A stretch of DNA of 64,000 nt from an uncultured Actinomycetes bacterium (GCA_963729195.1 CAVSNF010000024.1:293793-357792); one strand, 5' to 3'; counted from the stretch's first letter, positions 9,191 to 19,232 are shown. Numbers and translations: made by a program. The notes: generated by a model from the letters alone, not told the origin.

Positions 9191-10021
9191 ATGACCTATA
9201 GCGTCCGCAATATCGTGATCGCCGTCGTTTTGGCGGTACTCGCGGCGGTGCTGGTGATCATGTACACCAGCAACGCCCAGAAGCAGGCCACCAGTGGCCA
9301 GGAGAATGTCACTGTCCTTGTTGCCAAGACCGACATCGCTCCGGGCACCAGTGTGTCCGACGCGATCACAGCGGGCGCGTTTGAGACGCGGTCCGTCGTG
9401 TCCAAGGACGTTGTCCCGGGCGCACTGAACTCGGTCAACTCGCTCAACAAGGATCTTGCTTCCACCGGCACCATCGCCGCCGGAGCACAGGTAACCGCGA
9501 CGATGTTCTCCCAGTCGCAGCAGAACCCGATCGTGACTCAGATCAGCGGTGTCGATCGAGCTCTCCAGTTCTCGTTGAATGCCAACCGGGTGCTCGGCGG
9601 CACGCTCAAAGCCGGCGACCATGTTGACATCCTCTGGTCGGGCACGATTCATCCGACCGGCAACGACAGCAAGTTCGGTGACACCCTTGTCAGCCGGGCA
9701 CTGTTCCTGAACGTGCCGATCCTCTCGACCTACGACTCCGGTGCCGCCTCTGCGGCCCTGACCGCTGACGGCCAGGCCGCCAACGGTGGTGGCTCGAGTG
9801 ACGGTACCGCGGGGTCGGTGTGATCATCAAGCTGCCGCAGACCCAGGTTGCCCCGTTCCTCCTGGCGCTGCAGCAACGGCGGTGTGTGGTTCGCTCTGCG
9901 GCCCGCCACCGGTGCCCAGGATTCACCGATCGTTCTGACCACCGCGTGCACTCTGATCTCTGCTGGCCTCACCGCCAAGCAGGTTCACCATGACGTTCCG
10001 GCCTGCGTTGGTGGGAAGTAA
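9191..10021 (+). pseudogene. cpaB: Flp pilus assembly protein CpaB/RcpC, frame-disrupted near the 3' end
   Basis: ORF 9191..9823 has a TM anchor (IVIAVVLAVLAAVLVIMY), SAF-like VTVLVAKTDIAPGTSV and LKAGDHVDILW. The conserved C-terminus continues in other frames: VIIKLPQTQVAPFLLALQQ (from 9820), then GVWFALRPATGAQDSPIVL...VGGK. TAA 10019-10021 overlaps the cpaE ATG (TAATG). Confidence 0.8.
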
Positions 10022-11235
10022 TGAGCACCGTCTCCCCAATCAAGGTGTTCATCACCGGCGCTGCCAACGGGCTCGCCGAGGTTCGAGAGGGCCTCGCCGA
10101 CCACCCCGACGTGGAGCTGGTGGGAACCGCAGCAGATCCGTCCAAGGCCGGCGCCAAGCTGGCCGAGTCAGCCGCTCAGGTGATCCTGCACGGCACCAGC
10201 GCAACCGATCACGTGCCGACGGCCGAGATCGAGTCGATCAGGTCGGTCACCGCCGCCCCGATCGTGCTGGTCACGTCCGCCAGCGCCAACAGCATTCTTG
10301 GTGAAGCGCTGTCGGCCGGCATCTTCGACGTGGTGCTGCTCCCGCAGCTCACCGACGGGATCGTGTTCACCATCAAGAAGGCGTTCTCGTTGGCCGCCGG
10401 TCGTGCCGGGGGAGGCCCCGGTAAGTCCTCGGCCAGCGTGGAAGGCAAGGTCATCAGCCTGTTCTCGCCCAAGGGCGGATCCGGCAAGACCGTGCTTGCC
10501 TGCAACCTGGCAGCGATGTTCGCCCGTCGGCACGATCGACGGACGCTGCTGCTCGACCTCGACCTGCAGTTCGGTGATGCCGCCATCATGATGGGCATCG
10601 AGCCGGACAAGACCATCTACGACCTGGTCATGGCTCGCCGCGAACTCGACACCGACGCACTCGCCGGGTATGTCACCGCCCACCAGTCTGGTGTGCACGT
10701 GCTGCCGGCCCCGCTTCGGCCCGAGGACGCTGAGCTGGTCACCGAGGAGCGACTTGGACATCTGTTCGCAGTGGCCAAGGAAAGCTACGACGTCGTGGTC
10801 GTGGACACTCCCCCGTTCTTCCACGGGCCGGTGCTGTCCACGCTGGATCGCACCGACCACCTGATTCTGGTCGGCACGATGGACGTTCCCACGATCAAGA
10901 ACATCAAGCTCACTCTGCAAACCCTCGACCTTCTCCACTACCCCAAGGACCGTCGCTACCTGCTGCTCAACCGCACGGGATCGAAGGTCGGCCTGAACGC
11001 GCGGGAGATCGAGCGAGCGCTCGACATGCCCATCTCGTTCGAGGTCGAATCCGAGCGGGAAGTGCCGGTATCGGTCAATCGCGGCGTGCCGCTGGCGCTT
11101 GCCAATCCGCGCTCTGCGATCGCCAAGTCTCTTGGCGAAGTGGCCGACAAGCTCGTCCCCCCCGTGCGTTCCCAGAACGGGAACTCGAAGGGCGGCGGCG
11201 AGGAGAAGAAGTCCCGACGCAGGTTGGGGAGGTAG
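10021..11235 (+). CDS. cpaE: CpaE/TadZ: degenerate receiver-like domain fused to a MinD/ParA-type ATPase
   Basis: Intact 404 aa. The N-terminus is receiver-like but lacks acidic pocket residues (KVFITGA; QVILHG at the phospho-Asp position). Deviant Walker A is SPKGGSGKTV. Confidence 0.9.
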   Translation: MSTVSPIKVFITGAANGLAEVREGLADHPDVELVGTAADPSKAGAKLAESAAQVILHGTSATDHVPTAEIESIRSVTAAPIVLVTSASANSILGEALSAGIFDVVLLPQLTDGIVFTIKKAFSLAAGRAGGGPGKSSASVEGKVISLFSPKGGSGKTVLACNLAAMFARRHDRRTLLLDLDLQFGDAAIMMGIEPDKTIYDLVMARRELDTDALAGYVTAHQSGVHVLPAPLRPEDAELVTEERLGHLFAVAKESYDVVVVDTPPFFHGPVLSTLDRTDHLILVGTMDVPTIKNIKLTLQTLDLLHYPKDRRYLLLNRTGSKVGLNAREIERALDMPISFEVESEREVPVSVNRGVPLALANPRSAIAKSLGEVADKLVPPVRSQNGNSKGGGEEKKSRRRLGR

Positions 11236-11238
11236 TCG

Positions 11239-12675
11239 ATGTCGCTTCAATCGCGCATCCAGGTTGCCGTCACCGACGGCACCGAAGAGACTGCTTCGGA
11301 GTCGAAGCAGCAGTTCGCGCCCGAGCGCTCATCGGCTGCGGCTGACCCCTTCGCCGAACTGAAGACGCGGGTCCACCGGGAGATCATCCCCCGGCTCGGA
11401 CCCCGCGTATTCAACGGCGAGACCAGCGACGAGGATCTGGAGTCCAAGGTCACGGAGGTCGTGACCGAGCTGCTGGCTGTCGAGAAGACGCCGCTCACGC
11501 GTCAAGAGCGGCAGGACATCATCAGCCAGATCACGGACGACATCCTGGGCTACGGCCCGCTGGAGCCGTTCCTGCGCGATGACTCGATTACGGAAGTCAT
11601 GGTCAACGACCACAAGACGATCTACATCGAGCGCCACGGCAAGATCACCCGCACCAACGCACAGTTCGTCGACGAGGCGCATCTGCTGCGCATCATCGAC
11701 AAGATCATCAGCCGCATCGGCCGGCGCATCGACGAGTCGTCGCCGTATGTGGACGCGCGCCTGCAGGACGGCTCGCGTGTGAATGCCATCATCCCGCCTC
11801 TGGCGGTGCGCGGTTCCACTCTCACCATCCGAAAGTTCCGTCGCGACCCGTTCGTGATGGCCGACCTGATCAAGTTCGGCACGCTCACCCACAAGTCCGG
11901 GCAGTTCCTGGAGGCGTGTGTGCGAGGCAAGCTGAACATCCTGATCTCGGGTGGTACCGGTTCCGGTAAAACCACGACCCTGAACGTGCTCTCGGCCGCG
12001 ATTCCGTCGGACGAGCGCATCATCACGGTCGAGGACGCGGCCGAGCTCCAGCTCAAGCAGGAGCATGTGATCACGCTCGAGTCCCGCCCTGCCAACATCG
12101 AGGGCAAGGGACAGGTCACCATCCGCGACCTGGTTCGTAACACTCTGCGTATGCGCCCCGACCGCATCATCGTCGGGGAGTGCCGTGGTGCCGAGGCCGT
12201 GGACATGCTCCAGGCCATGAACACCGGCCACGACGGCTCGCTCACGACCGTCCATGCAAACAACCCGCGCGACGCCCTCGCCCGTACCGAGACTCTGGTA
12301 CTGACCGCCGGCGTGGATCTGCCCCTCCGGGCTATCCGCGAGCAGATCTCAAGCGCATTCGACCTGATCGTTCAGGTATCACGCCTGGTCGACGGCACCC
12401 GCCGCATCACCCACATCACCGAGGTGCTGCGGATGGAGTCCGACATCGTCACGCTCCAGGACATCTTCCTGGCCAAGCCGATCGAAGACGGCGCCGCCAA
12501 CCGCGACTCCGGGCATCGCCTGCTGGGGCCGCTGAGCTGCACCGGCGTCAAGCCGAGCTTCCTGGACAAGATGGCATCAAACGGCGTCAACCTCCCGCCG
12601 AACTTCTTCCAGGATGAGGCGGGAGACCACAGTGCCGCCGCAGCCGGGATCTTCGGGCGGGCGGTAGGGCAGTGA
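11239..12675 (+). CDS. cpaF: CpaF/TadA secretion ATPase
   Basis: Intact 478 aa. Walker A GGTGSGKTT, Walker B/Asp box IIVGECRGAEA, His box GHDGSLTTVHAN. Confidence 0.95.
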   Translation: MSLQSRIQVAVTDGTEETASESKQQFAPERSSAAADPFAELKTRVHREIIPRLGPRVFNGETSDEDLESKVTEVVTELLAVEKTPLTRQERQDIISQITDDILGYGPLEPFLRDDSITEVMVNDHKTIYIERHGKITRTNAQFVDEAHLLRIIDKIISRIGRRIDESSPYVDARLQDGSRVNAIIPPLAVRGSTLTIRKFRRDPFVMADLIKFGTLTHKSGQFLEACVRGKLNILISGGTGSGKTTTLNVLSAAIPSDERIITVEDAAELQLKQEHVITLESRPANIEGKGQVTIRDLVRNTLRMRPDRIIVGECRGAEAVDMLQAMNTGHDGSLTTVHANNPRDALARTETLVLTAGVDLPLRAIREQISSAFDLIVQVSRLVDGTRRITHITEVLRMESDIVTLQDIFLAKPIEDGAANRDSGHRLLGPLSCTGVKPSFLDKMASNGVNLPPNFFQDEAGDHSAAAAGIFGRAVGQ

Positions 12676-14564
12676 TGCGCACCCGCTTGGCAATCTGCGT
12701 CGCGCTGGTGGCCGCTCTCGCGGTCACCGGCACGGCCGCGGCCGCAGGCCCGGCACCGACGATCCAGTCGATCAACACCAGCAAGTTCCCCGAGGTGTCG
12801 GTCAACGTCAAGTCGGCTACTGCCACGGCCGGAACTCCGACTGTGGTGGTGACCGAGAACGGACAGCCTGCGACCGGCGTCAACCTGAATACGACCGACA
12901 ACGTGCCGGCCATCGCGCTGCTCACGGATACCTCACGGAGCATGAGTGGAAAGCCGCTGGCTGACGCCAAGGCTGCAGCCAACAGCTTCATCTTCAGCCA
13001 GTCTCCCGACGCGGTGTTGGCGGTGTACGGATTCGGCGACACGGCGTATGTGAGCGCTCCGTTCCCGTCCGACCGCACCGACGCGTCACTTGCCATCAAT
13101 CAGCTCGCGATCGCGGCCAAGCCCGGTACCGCGCTGTATGCCTCCGTCGTCCAGGCCGCGAACGATCTGGCCAAGCAGAACGAGGGCAAGCACGTGATCC
13201 TGCTCATGACCGATGGCCACTCGGCCAACGATCACGCCACCCTGGCCGCAGGCCAAGGCGGCTGCGCAGGCGGCCCACGCGACCATCTATGCGGTCACGA
13301 CCTCGACCGACCAGGCCGCGCTGGCACCGTTGAAGGCCCTTGCCTCCAGCACGGGTGGACAGATGATCCCGGTAACCGATTCGATCCGCTCTGAAGGCTG
13401 CCTACAAGACGATCGCGGCCTCGCTGAATGCGAGCTTCGCATTCTCCTATCACAGCCTGGTGCCTCCGGGTAAGCCGATCAACCTCGAGCGTTTCAGCGT
13501 GAACGGCTCGGCGCCTGCCACCGACACGGTCAAGGCTCCCGGTACGTACGCTGCTCCACCACCTCGGGCGGAAGCTCGGTTCCGGCCAACGCGGCCGGTC
13601 GTGCCGCCGATCGCCGGCGTCGTCGCCCTGTTCGTGCTGGCGGGCGCGCTGATCGTGCTCTCCTCCAAGCCTGCGGTCATGGTCGGCAAGCGGATCGCTC
13701 CGCACACCGAGCAGAAGAAGCAGGTCGTGGTGGTCGCTCCCGGCCAGGAGATCCCCAAGATCAGCATCCTTCACCAGCTGTACGTGGCGACGGAGAAGAT
13801 CGCGGGCTCGTTCAACTACTGGAAGCGGATCTCGTTCCGCCTCGAGCAGGCGAACCTGCCGCTGCGAACCGCCGAGGTCGTCTACATCCAGATGGGCAGC
13901 GCAATCCTGCTGGCCGCGATCGCGAGCCTGCTGTTCGGGCTCGGCGGCATCGGCGGGCTGATCGCCCTGGTGATCGGCGCCCTGATTCCCTGGATGTACG
14001 TCAAGATCATGGCGAAACGACGGCTGAATCTGTTCGAGACTCAGCTGCCGGAGACCCTGATCACGCTGGCTGCCTCGCTCAAGGCCGGTCACGCCTTCAA
14101 CTCGGCGCTGAACAGCGTCGTCAAGGAAGGCGTCGAGCCGACCTCGACCGAGCTGTCCCGCGTGTCCTCGGAAATCCAGCTGGGGATGCCTTCCGAGGCT
14201 GCCCTGGAGGCGATGGCGACAGCGCATGGACTCGACCAACTTCGGGTTCGTCGTGATGGCCGTCAACATCCAGCGCACCGTCGGCGGCAGTCTCGCCGAG
14301 ATCCTGGACATGGTGGCCGACACGGTCCGCCAGCGACAGCAGTTCACCCGCAAGGTGAAGGCGCTGACGGCTCAGGGCCGGATGTCGGCCTACGTGCTGC
14401 TGGGAATGCCGTTCATGATGGGCCTTGCGATCTTTGCCCTCAACCAGGCGTACATCACGATCCTGTTCACAGAGACCGCCGGCCAGATGATGATCGCCGG
14501 AGCACTGTTCATGATGCTGATCGGCGGGCTCATCATCAAAAAGATCGTCTCCTTCAAGGAGTAG
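12672..14564 (+). pseudogene. tadB: vWA-domain / TadB (T2SS-F family) fusion protein, frame-disrupted as written (three +1 insertions)
   Basis: Frames run 0>1>2>0. Signal peptide plus vWA with MIDAS LLTDTSRSMSG...LLMTDGHSAND. After ~13245: QAKAAAQAAHATIYAVTTSTDQAALAPLKALASSTGGQMIPV. After ~13390: KAAYKTIAASLNASF...PPGKPINLERF, a Pro-rich linker, TM IAGVVALFVLAGALIVL and the platform domain LPETLITLAASLKAGHAF...IQLGMPSEAALEAMA. After ~14215: MDSTNFGFVVMAVNIQRTVGGSLAEIL... Confidence 0.8.
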
Positions 14565-14570
14565 TCCCAG

Positions 14571-15488
14571 ATGATCATCCTCATACTCGCAATCGTTGCC
14601 TTCTTCGCCGCTACCTACTTCCTGCTGACCGGGCTGACCGTCCAGCAGAAGGAAATCGCGGTGTCGATGCGCAAAGCACGTCGGTACGGCATGCGCGATC
14701 AGCGTGAGATCGAGACACGCAAGAGCGTCAACGACCGCGTGGTCGGGCCGGCAACCGAGAAGATCGCCGGCGTCACCATGAAGGTGCTGCCCAAGACTGA
14801 TCCGCAGCAGATCCACAACCGCCTGATGGCGGCGGGTCTGGGACAGTCGATGACCGCCCAGATGTACCTGGCGCTCAAGGGCGGCCTGGTGGCGGTGTTC
14901 GCCGGCGGTGGTTTCCTGCTGGGCCTGACCGGTGCCATCCCGTTCATCGCCGGTGTGATGATCGGAGTCGGTGGCGCCGCGATCGGCTTCATCGCTCCCG
15001 ACTTCTACATCAACTCCCGGGTGCGCGGCCGCAAGTCGATCATGCAGGCGGAGCTGCCCAACGTGCTCGACCTGCTGTGCGTCTCGGTCGAGGCCGGTCT
15101 CGGTTTCGACTCGGCGCTGGTGAAGCTGAGCGAGCGCATGCGCGGCCCGCTGGTGGACGAGTTCAACCTGGTGTTGCACGAGATGCGCATCGGCGAGAGC
15201 CGCATGTCGGCCCTCAAGAACCTGTCTGAGCGCTGCGAGGTCCCGGAGGTCGCCCAGTTCTGCCGGGCAATCATCCAGGCCGACCAGCTCGGTATCGCAC
15301 TCTCGCGAATCCTGCGGGTGCAGTCGCACGACATGCGCATCAAGCGCCAGCTGGCGGCTGAGGAGAAGGCCATGAAGGCCCCGGTCAAGATGCTGTTCCC
15401 GACCGTGATCTTCATCTTCCCCTCGATGTTCGTGGTCGCCCTCGGGCCGGCCGCGCTGCAGCTGATGAAGACGTTCTCGCAGACGTAA
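14571..15488 (+). CDS. tadC: TadC (T2SS-F family pilus platform protein)
   Basis: Intact 305 aa. N-terminal TM, ELPNVLDLLCVSVEAGLGFDSAL...MRIGESRMSALKNL, and C-terminal TM pair. Confidence 0.9.
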   Translation: MIILILAIVAFFAATYFLLTGLTVQQKEIAVSMRKARRYGMRDQREIETRKSVNDRVVGPATEKIAGVTMKVLPKTDPQQIHNRLMAAGLGQSMTAQMYLALKGGLVAVFAGGGFLLGLTGAIPFIAGVMIGVGGAAIGFIAPDFYINSRVRGRKSIMQAELPNVLDLLCVSVEAGLGFDSALVKLSERMRGPLVDEFNLVLHEMRIGESRMSALKNLSERCEVPEVAQFCRAIIQADQLGIALSRILRVQSHDMRIKRQLAAEEKAMKAPVKMLFPTVIFIFPSMFVVALGPAALQLMKTFSQT

Positions 15489-15500
15489 TACGATTGCGGT

Positions 15501-15903
15501 GTGCACCGCCTGACCGTGCCCACCGAGCGCCGAGAGCAGTTTGTGGATATCACCGGGGCGGTTGCCGATGCGGCAGCCGCCCTCGGTGTTTCTGACGGCG
15601 CTGTGCTGGTGTTCTCGCCCCACACCACCGCCGGGATCTCGATCAACGAGGGCTACGACCCCGACGTCGCCGGTGACGTGCTGGCCTGGATGGCGAGCAA
15701 CGTTCCCCACCGCGGGCCCTACAGCGCACGCCGAGGGCAACAGCGACTCCCACATCAAGGCGATCATGACCGGGAACTCCCAGCTGGTGCCGGTATCGCA
15801 GGGTCGGCTGCAGCTGGGCCGCTGGCAGGCGGTGTTCCTGTGCGAGTTCGACGGGCCGCGCACGCGCGAGGTGTGGGTCTCGTCGCTGTCGGCACCGGCC
15901 TGA
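15501..15903 (+). pseudogene. yjbQ: YjbQ/UPF0047 family protein (secondary thiamine-phosphate synthase-like), one +1 frameshift
   Basis: GTG 15501 MHRLTVPTERREQFVDITGAV...VFSPHTTAGISINEGYDPDV...NVPHRGPY, then a hop near 15720 to HAEGNSDSHIKAIMTGNSQLVPVSQGRLQLGRWQAVFLCEFDGPRTREVWV. Confidence 0.8.
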
Positions 15904-15940
15904 TCGCCACACGCGGCCCTGATAGCCTACGGCCGCCGCG

Positions 15941-16011
15941 GGCGACGTGGCCGAGTGGTTAGGCAGCGGCCTGCAAAGCCGTCTACACCGGTTCGACTCC
16001 GGTCGTCGCCT
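15941..16011 (+). tRNA. tRNA-Cys: tRNA-Cys (GCA)
   Basis: GGCGACGTGGCCGAGTGGTTAGGCAGCGGCCTGCAAAGCCGTCTACACCGGTTCGACTCCGGTCGTCGCCT. Acceptor GGCGACG/CGTCGCC, anticodon loop CTGCAAA, T-loop GGTTCGACTCC, discriminator U. CCA is not encoded. Confidence 0.93.
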
Positions 16012-16026
16012 TGCTACGGGTGGGCT

Positions 16027-18098
16027 CTAGCCCGTCTGGGCGAGCCGGGCGATCAGCTCGGCGTTGCGAAGCGCCAGAGCACCCTGCCCCGCAACTGCGG
16101 CGAGGGCGGCCATCGTGACCGGCGTGAACCGCTCTCCCACCGCGACCAGCACCGCCCCGTGCAGCGGTGCGATGGCGGCCACCTCCATCCCGGGCGACCT
16201 GCGGCTTGGTGAGGCTGATGACCGAGATGTCACCGGTGACGGCAGCAGCCGGGCGAGGCGCGGCCAGGACAGCCTTGCGCGCCGCCGGCGGCGCCCGAGA
16301 ACGCGAGGATCGACGGGTTGGGGCCGGTGGTGATGACCGCGGCGGCGGTGGCCTGAGCCAGCGTGCGGGCGGCGTCGACCACGCGGGCGGCGATCGCCTC
16401 GGCGAGCCGGCTCGGCGACGGTCAGCCGGGCGATGCCGAGCAGCGCGTCGGACATCGCGGTCGCCCGCCGCTGGCGCTCGTGCAGGCGCGCATTCTCGAA
16501 GGCCACGGCGGCCTGAGCGGCCAGCAGCTCCAACAGCCGCACCGAAAGCGGCGAGAACTGATCGAGCCCGAGGCGGGCCAGCACCACCGCTCCCACCGTG
16601 CGTCCGTCGTAGCGCATCGGCACCGCGACGATCGACTCGTCGATGTCGTCGGTGCCGGGGATGTCGAGGGCGAACTCGCAATGATTGGCGTCCGGCACGT
16701 TGAGTGAGCGGCCGAGCGCAACCGCGGTTCCGGTGATGCCCTCCCCCACGCCCACCCGCAGCGACTCCAGCGACTCGCCCTCGTAGGCGCTGTGCAGTTC
16801 GCGGGCGGCGATCGCCTCGAGCGTGGTGCCGTCCTCGTCGAGCACGTACACGCGCACGGTGTGGTAGTCGACCAGCCCTCGCAGCTCGGCGCAGATCGTC
16901 TCGCCGATGCGGCTTTCGTCGGTGAGCTCGTTGAGGCGCTCGGCCAGCGTGCTGAGCGCCCGCAGCTGCTTCATCGACTCGATCTCGGCCGCACGTGCGC
17001 GGCCGCGCCGGCGAGCGTCCTGGGCGTCGATGAACCCCGCCGAGCGGTCCTTGCCGCGATCCTTGGCCAGGTACAGCGCGGCGTCCGCGGCGGCGTGCAG
17101 ATCGGCCACCGTGGTGGCATCGCCGGGGAAGCTGGCGACGCCGCACGACACGGTGATGCGGCGGTGCCCGGGAAGGGCGCGGACGCGTGCGCACAGGCGA
17201 TCGGCCGCGGCCCGCGCCGCCCGCTTGCCGGTCTCGGGCAGCAGCAGCGCGAACTCCTCGCCGCCGATCCGGCAGGCAACGTCACTGGCGCGGAGATCCT
17301 CGCCGGCGGCGGCCGCCACGCGGCGCAGCACCAGGTCGCCCTCCTGGTGGCCGTGAGCGTCGTTGAGCAGCTTGAAATCGTCCAGGTCGAACACGATCAG
17401 CGACAGCGGGCGGTTGTGCCGGTGGGCACGCTCCAGCTCGACCCGCAGCCGCTCGTGGTAGTAGCGATGGTTGTGGAGGCCGGTGAGCCAGTCGGTGTGC
17501 GCCTCCTCGACCAGCCGCTCGCGGTTCTGGGCGTTGTCGATCGCGAGTGCGGCAAGGTCGGCGAACCGGCAGATCAACTCGAACTCGTGATCGGAGAACG
17601 CGACGTCGTCGCCGAGGCGATAGACGTTGAGCGTGCCGATGGTGGCGTCGCGGACGATCAGCGGCACGCACGCCAGCGCCTCGTGCTCGTCCTCCGGGGT
17701 GCCCGGCACCACGGCGATCCGCGGATCGTTGTGCGCCTCGGCCAGATTCACCGCCTCGCCGCGCTAGCGCCACCCAGCCGGTGACGCCCTCCCCGAGGGC
17801 GCTGGGCGACTCCATGATCTCGCTCCGCCCAGCGGTCGACCGTGTGCACCGGCGTCAGCAGCTCTGCCAGCTCGTCGACCCGGTAGATGGTGACTGCGTC
17901 GAACGGCACCAGCCGCTTCAGCTCGGTGGTGATGCGCTCGAACAGCTCACTCAGAGTGGCCGATGCCAGGAGCATCCGGGAGACCTCGAGCAGCGTCCGG
18001 TACGACGCCAAACGTGCGTCGGTGCTGGGAGACTCGGGCAGGAGTTGATCGGCCAATGTGGCTCCGCTGAGAGCAGGGTCGTACCGGGGGGTCGGCAC
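16027..18098 (-). pseudogene. GAF-GGDEF-GAF-GAF diguanylate cyclase, frame-disrupted as written (about five +1 insertions)
   Basis: ATG 18098 MPTPRYDP...LLEVSRMLLASATLSELFERI...TIYRVD (GAF). Hops at ~17815 and ~17760 lead to EAVNLAEAHNDPRI...TLNVYRL. GGDEF domain: LTGLHNHRYY...RASDVACRIGGEEFALLL (GGEEF with an RxxD I-site). Second GAF: ICAELRGLVDYHTVRVYVLD...GITGTAVALGRSLNVPD. Third GAF-like domain is reached via three hops between ~16430 and ~16190. Confidence 0.8.
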
Positions 18099-18292
18099 GT
18101 ACCGTTAACGTCGGGAAATTCGGCCGTTAAACGCACACCCGAAGGGGTGATCCACCCGCGAAATTGCCAGTTTCTGCCACATTTTTGGCAGGAAGCTCGC
18201 GAGATTCAGCGACGCAGTTGGTGATCACCGTCTGCGTGTTCGGATCGACTGCTTTGTGCTCTCGGGCTGCTTGAGTCCCGCGCCCGCGCCGG

Positions 18293-18496
18293 TCAGCGAT
18301 CAAAGGCCGCGCGATTGCGCGTGAAATGCTCCCAGGCGTCCAGGGTCGCGGTGGCGGGGGTAAGCCCGATCCCGGTGGGGCCGGGCTCCGGCACCCGCCG
18401 GTCGCAGGTGCTCAACGTGCGGGCGGTGTATCGGCCAAACTCGTCGGGTCCAACCGTCCACACCACGAACTCCTCAGCGTTGAACCACTCGACCAC
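18293..18496 (-). CDS. small hypothetical protein (67 aa from GTG; possibly 79 aa if upstream in-frame TAG is an error)
   Basis: ORF MVEWFNAEEFVVWTVGPDEFGRYTART... A strong RBS (GGAGGTG) plus ATG at 18532 lies in the same frame but is cut by TAG at 18503-18505. Confidence 0.35.
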   Translation of the reverse strand: MVEWFNAEEFVVWTVGPDEFGRYTARTLSTCDRRVPEPGPTGIGLTPATATLDAWEHFTRNRAAFDR

Positions 18497-18647
18497 GTGC
18501 CGCTACTCAACTTCAACCATCTGGTTAGTCATCGTCCCCACCTCCGGCTAGCGAGCCTGCCCCACGATCCAGCGATCCCGGGCACGGTACACCCAGGATC
18601 GTGGATCCGCCAGGCAATTCACCAACACGACACGGTTTGAGGCCCGG

Positions 18648-19232
18648 TCACGCAGCCGCGACGTGTCGCTTCAGCTCGTGGCCTGCCTGGGGCGTGGGGT
18701 CGCCGAGGCCATAGCCGAGCATCCGTCCGACGGGCGCGGCCAGCGCCAGACCGGCTCGCTGAACGAACTCGGGCGGGAACGGCACCCGGATGGTGTCCGC
18801 GTAGGCGTGGGCAATCACGGCCAGCTGCAACGGATTCGGCATCCCGTGGGCATTTGTCTTCCCGTCGGCGGCCAGTGCGAACATCGTTGCGAGCAGCGCC
18901 TCGAACTGCAGCGCGGGCCGCACTTCGGCCACGAAGATGGCGTCGACGCTGCCGGCGTTCCAGAACTTGTGGGGTGTTCCCGCAGGCACGACCAGACAGT
19001 CCCCCGGCTGGGCCGTGACCGTCTCGCGCCCGACGTCAAACCCGACGTTGCCTTCGAGCACTTCAAATCGCTCTTCCTGGTGGGGATGGATGTGCTTGGT
19101 CGCGACCGCGCCGCCGGGCTGGACCACCGTCTCGACGATCACGAGCTCGCCGTCGGTTTCCGCGGCGGTCTGAATGAAGGTGATCCGCTCGCCGGTGATC
19201 GGGTTTTCGATGACATCTCCTGCGTGAAACAT
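18648..19232 (-). CDS. cupin domain protein
   Basis: ATG 19232 after GAGGAGG. MFHAGDVIENPITGERITF...TKHIHPHQEERFEVLEGNVGF...PGDCLVVPAGTPHKFWN carries the two cupin motifs with His ligands. Confidence 0.75.
   Translation of the reverse strand: MFHAGDVIENPITGERITFIQTAAETDGELVIVETVVQPGGAVATKHIHPHQEERFEVLEGNVGFDVGRETVTAQPGDCLVVPAGTPHKFWNAGSVDAIFVAEVRPALQFEALLATMFALAADGKTNAHGMPNPLQLAVIAHAYADTIRVPFPPEFVQRAGLALAAPVGRMLGYGLGDPTPQAGHELKRHVAAA

Noticed and set aside
15983-17194. 403-aa Arg/Pro-rich minus-strand ORF
   Set aside because: It is an alternative frame of the GAF-GGDEF gene with extreme Arg/Gly/Pro composition. The homologous protein is in the other frames.
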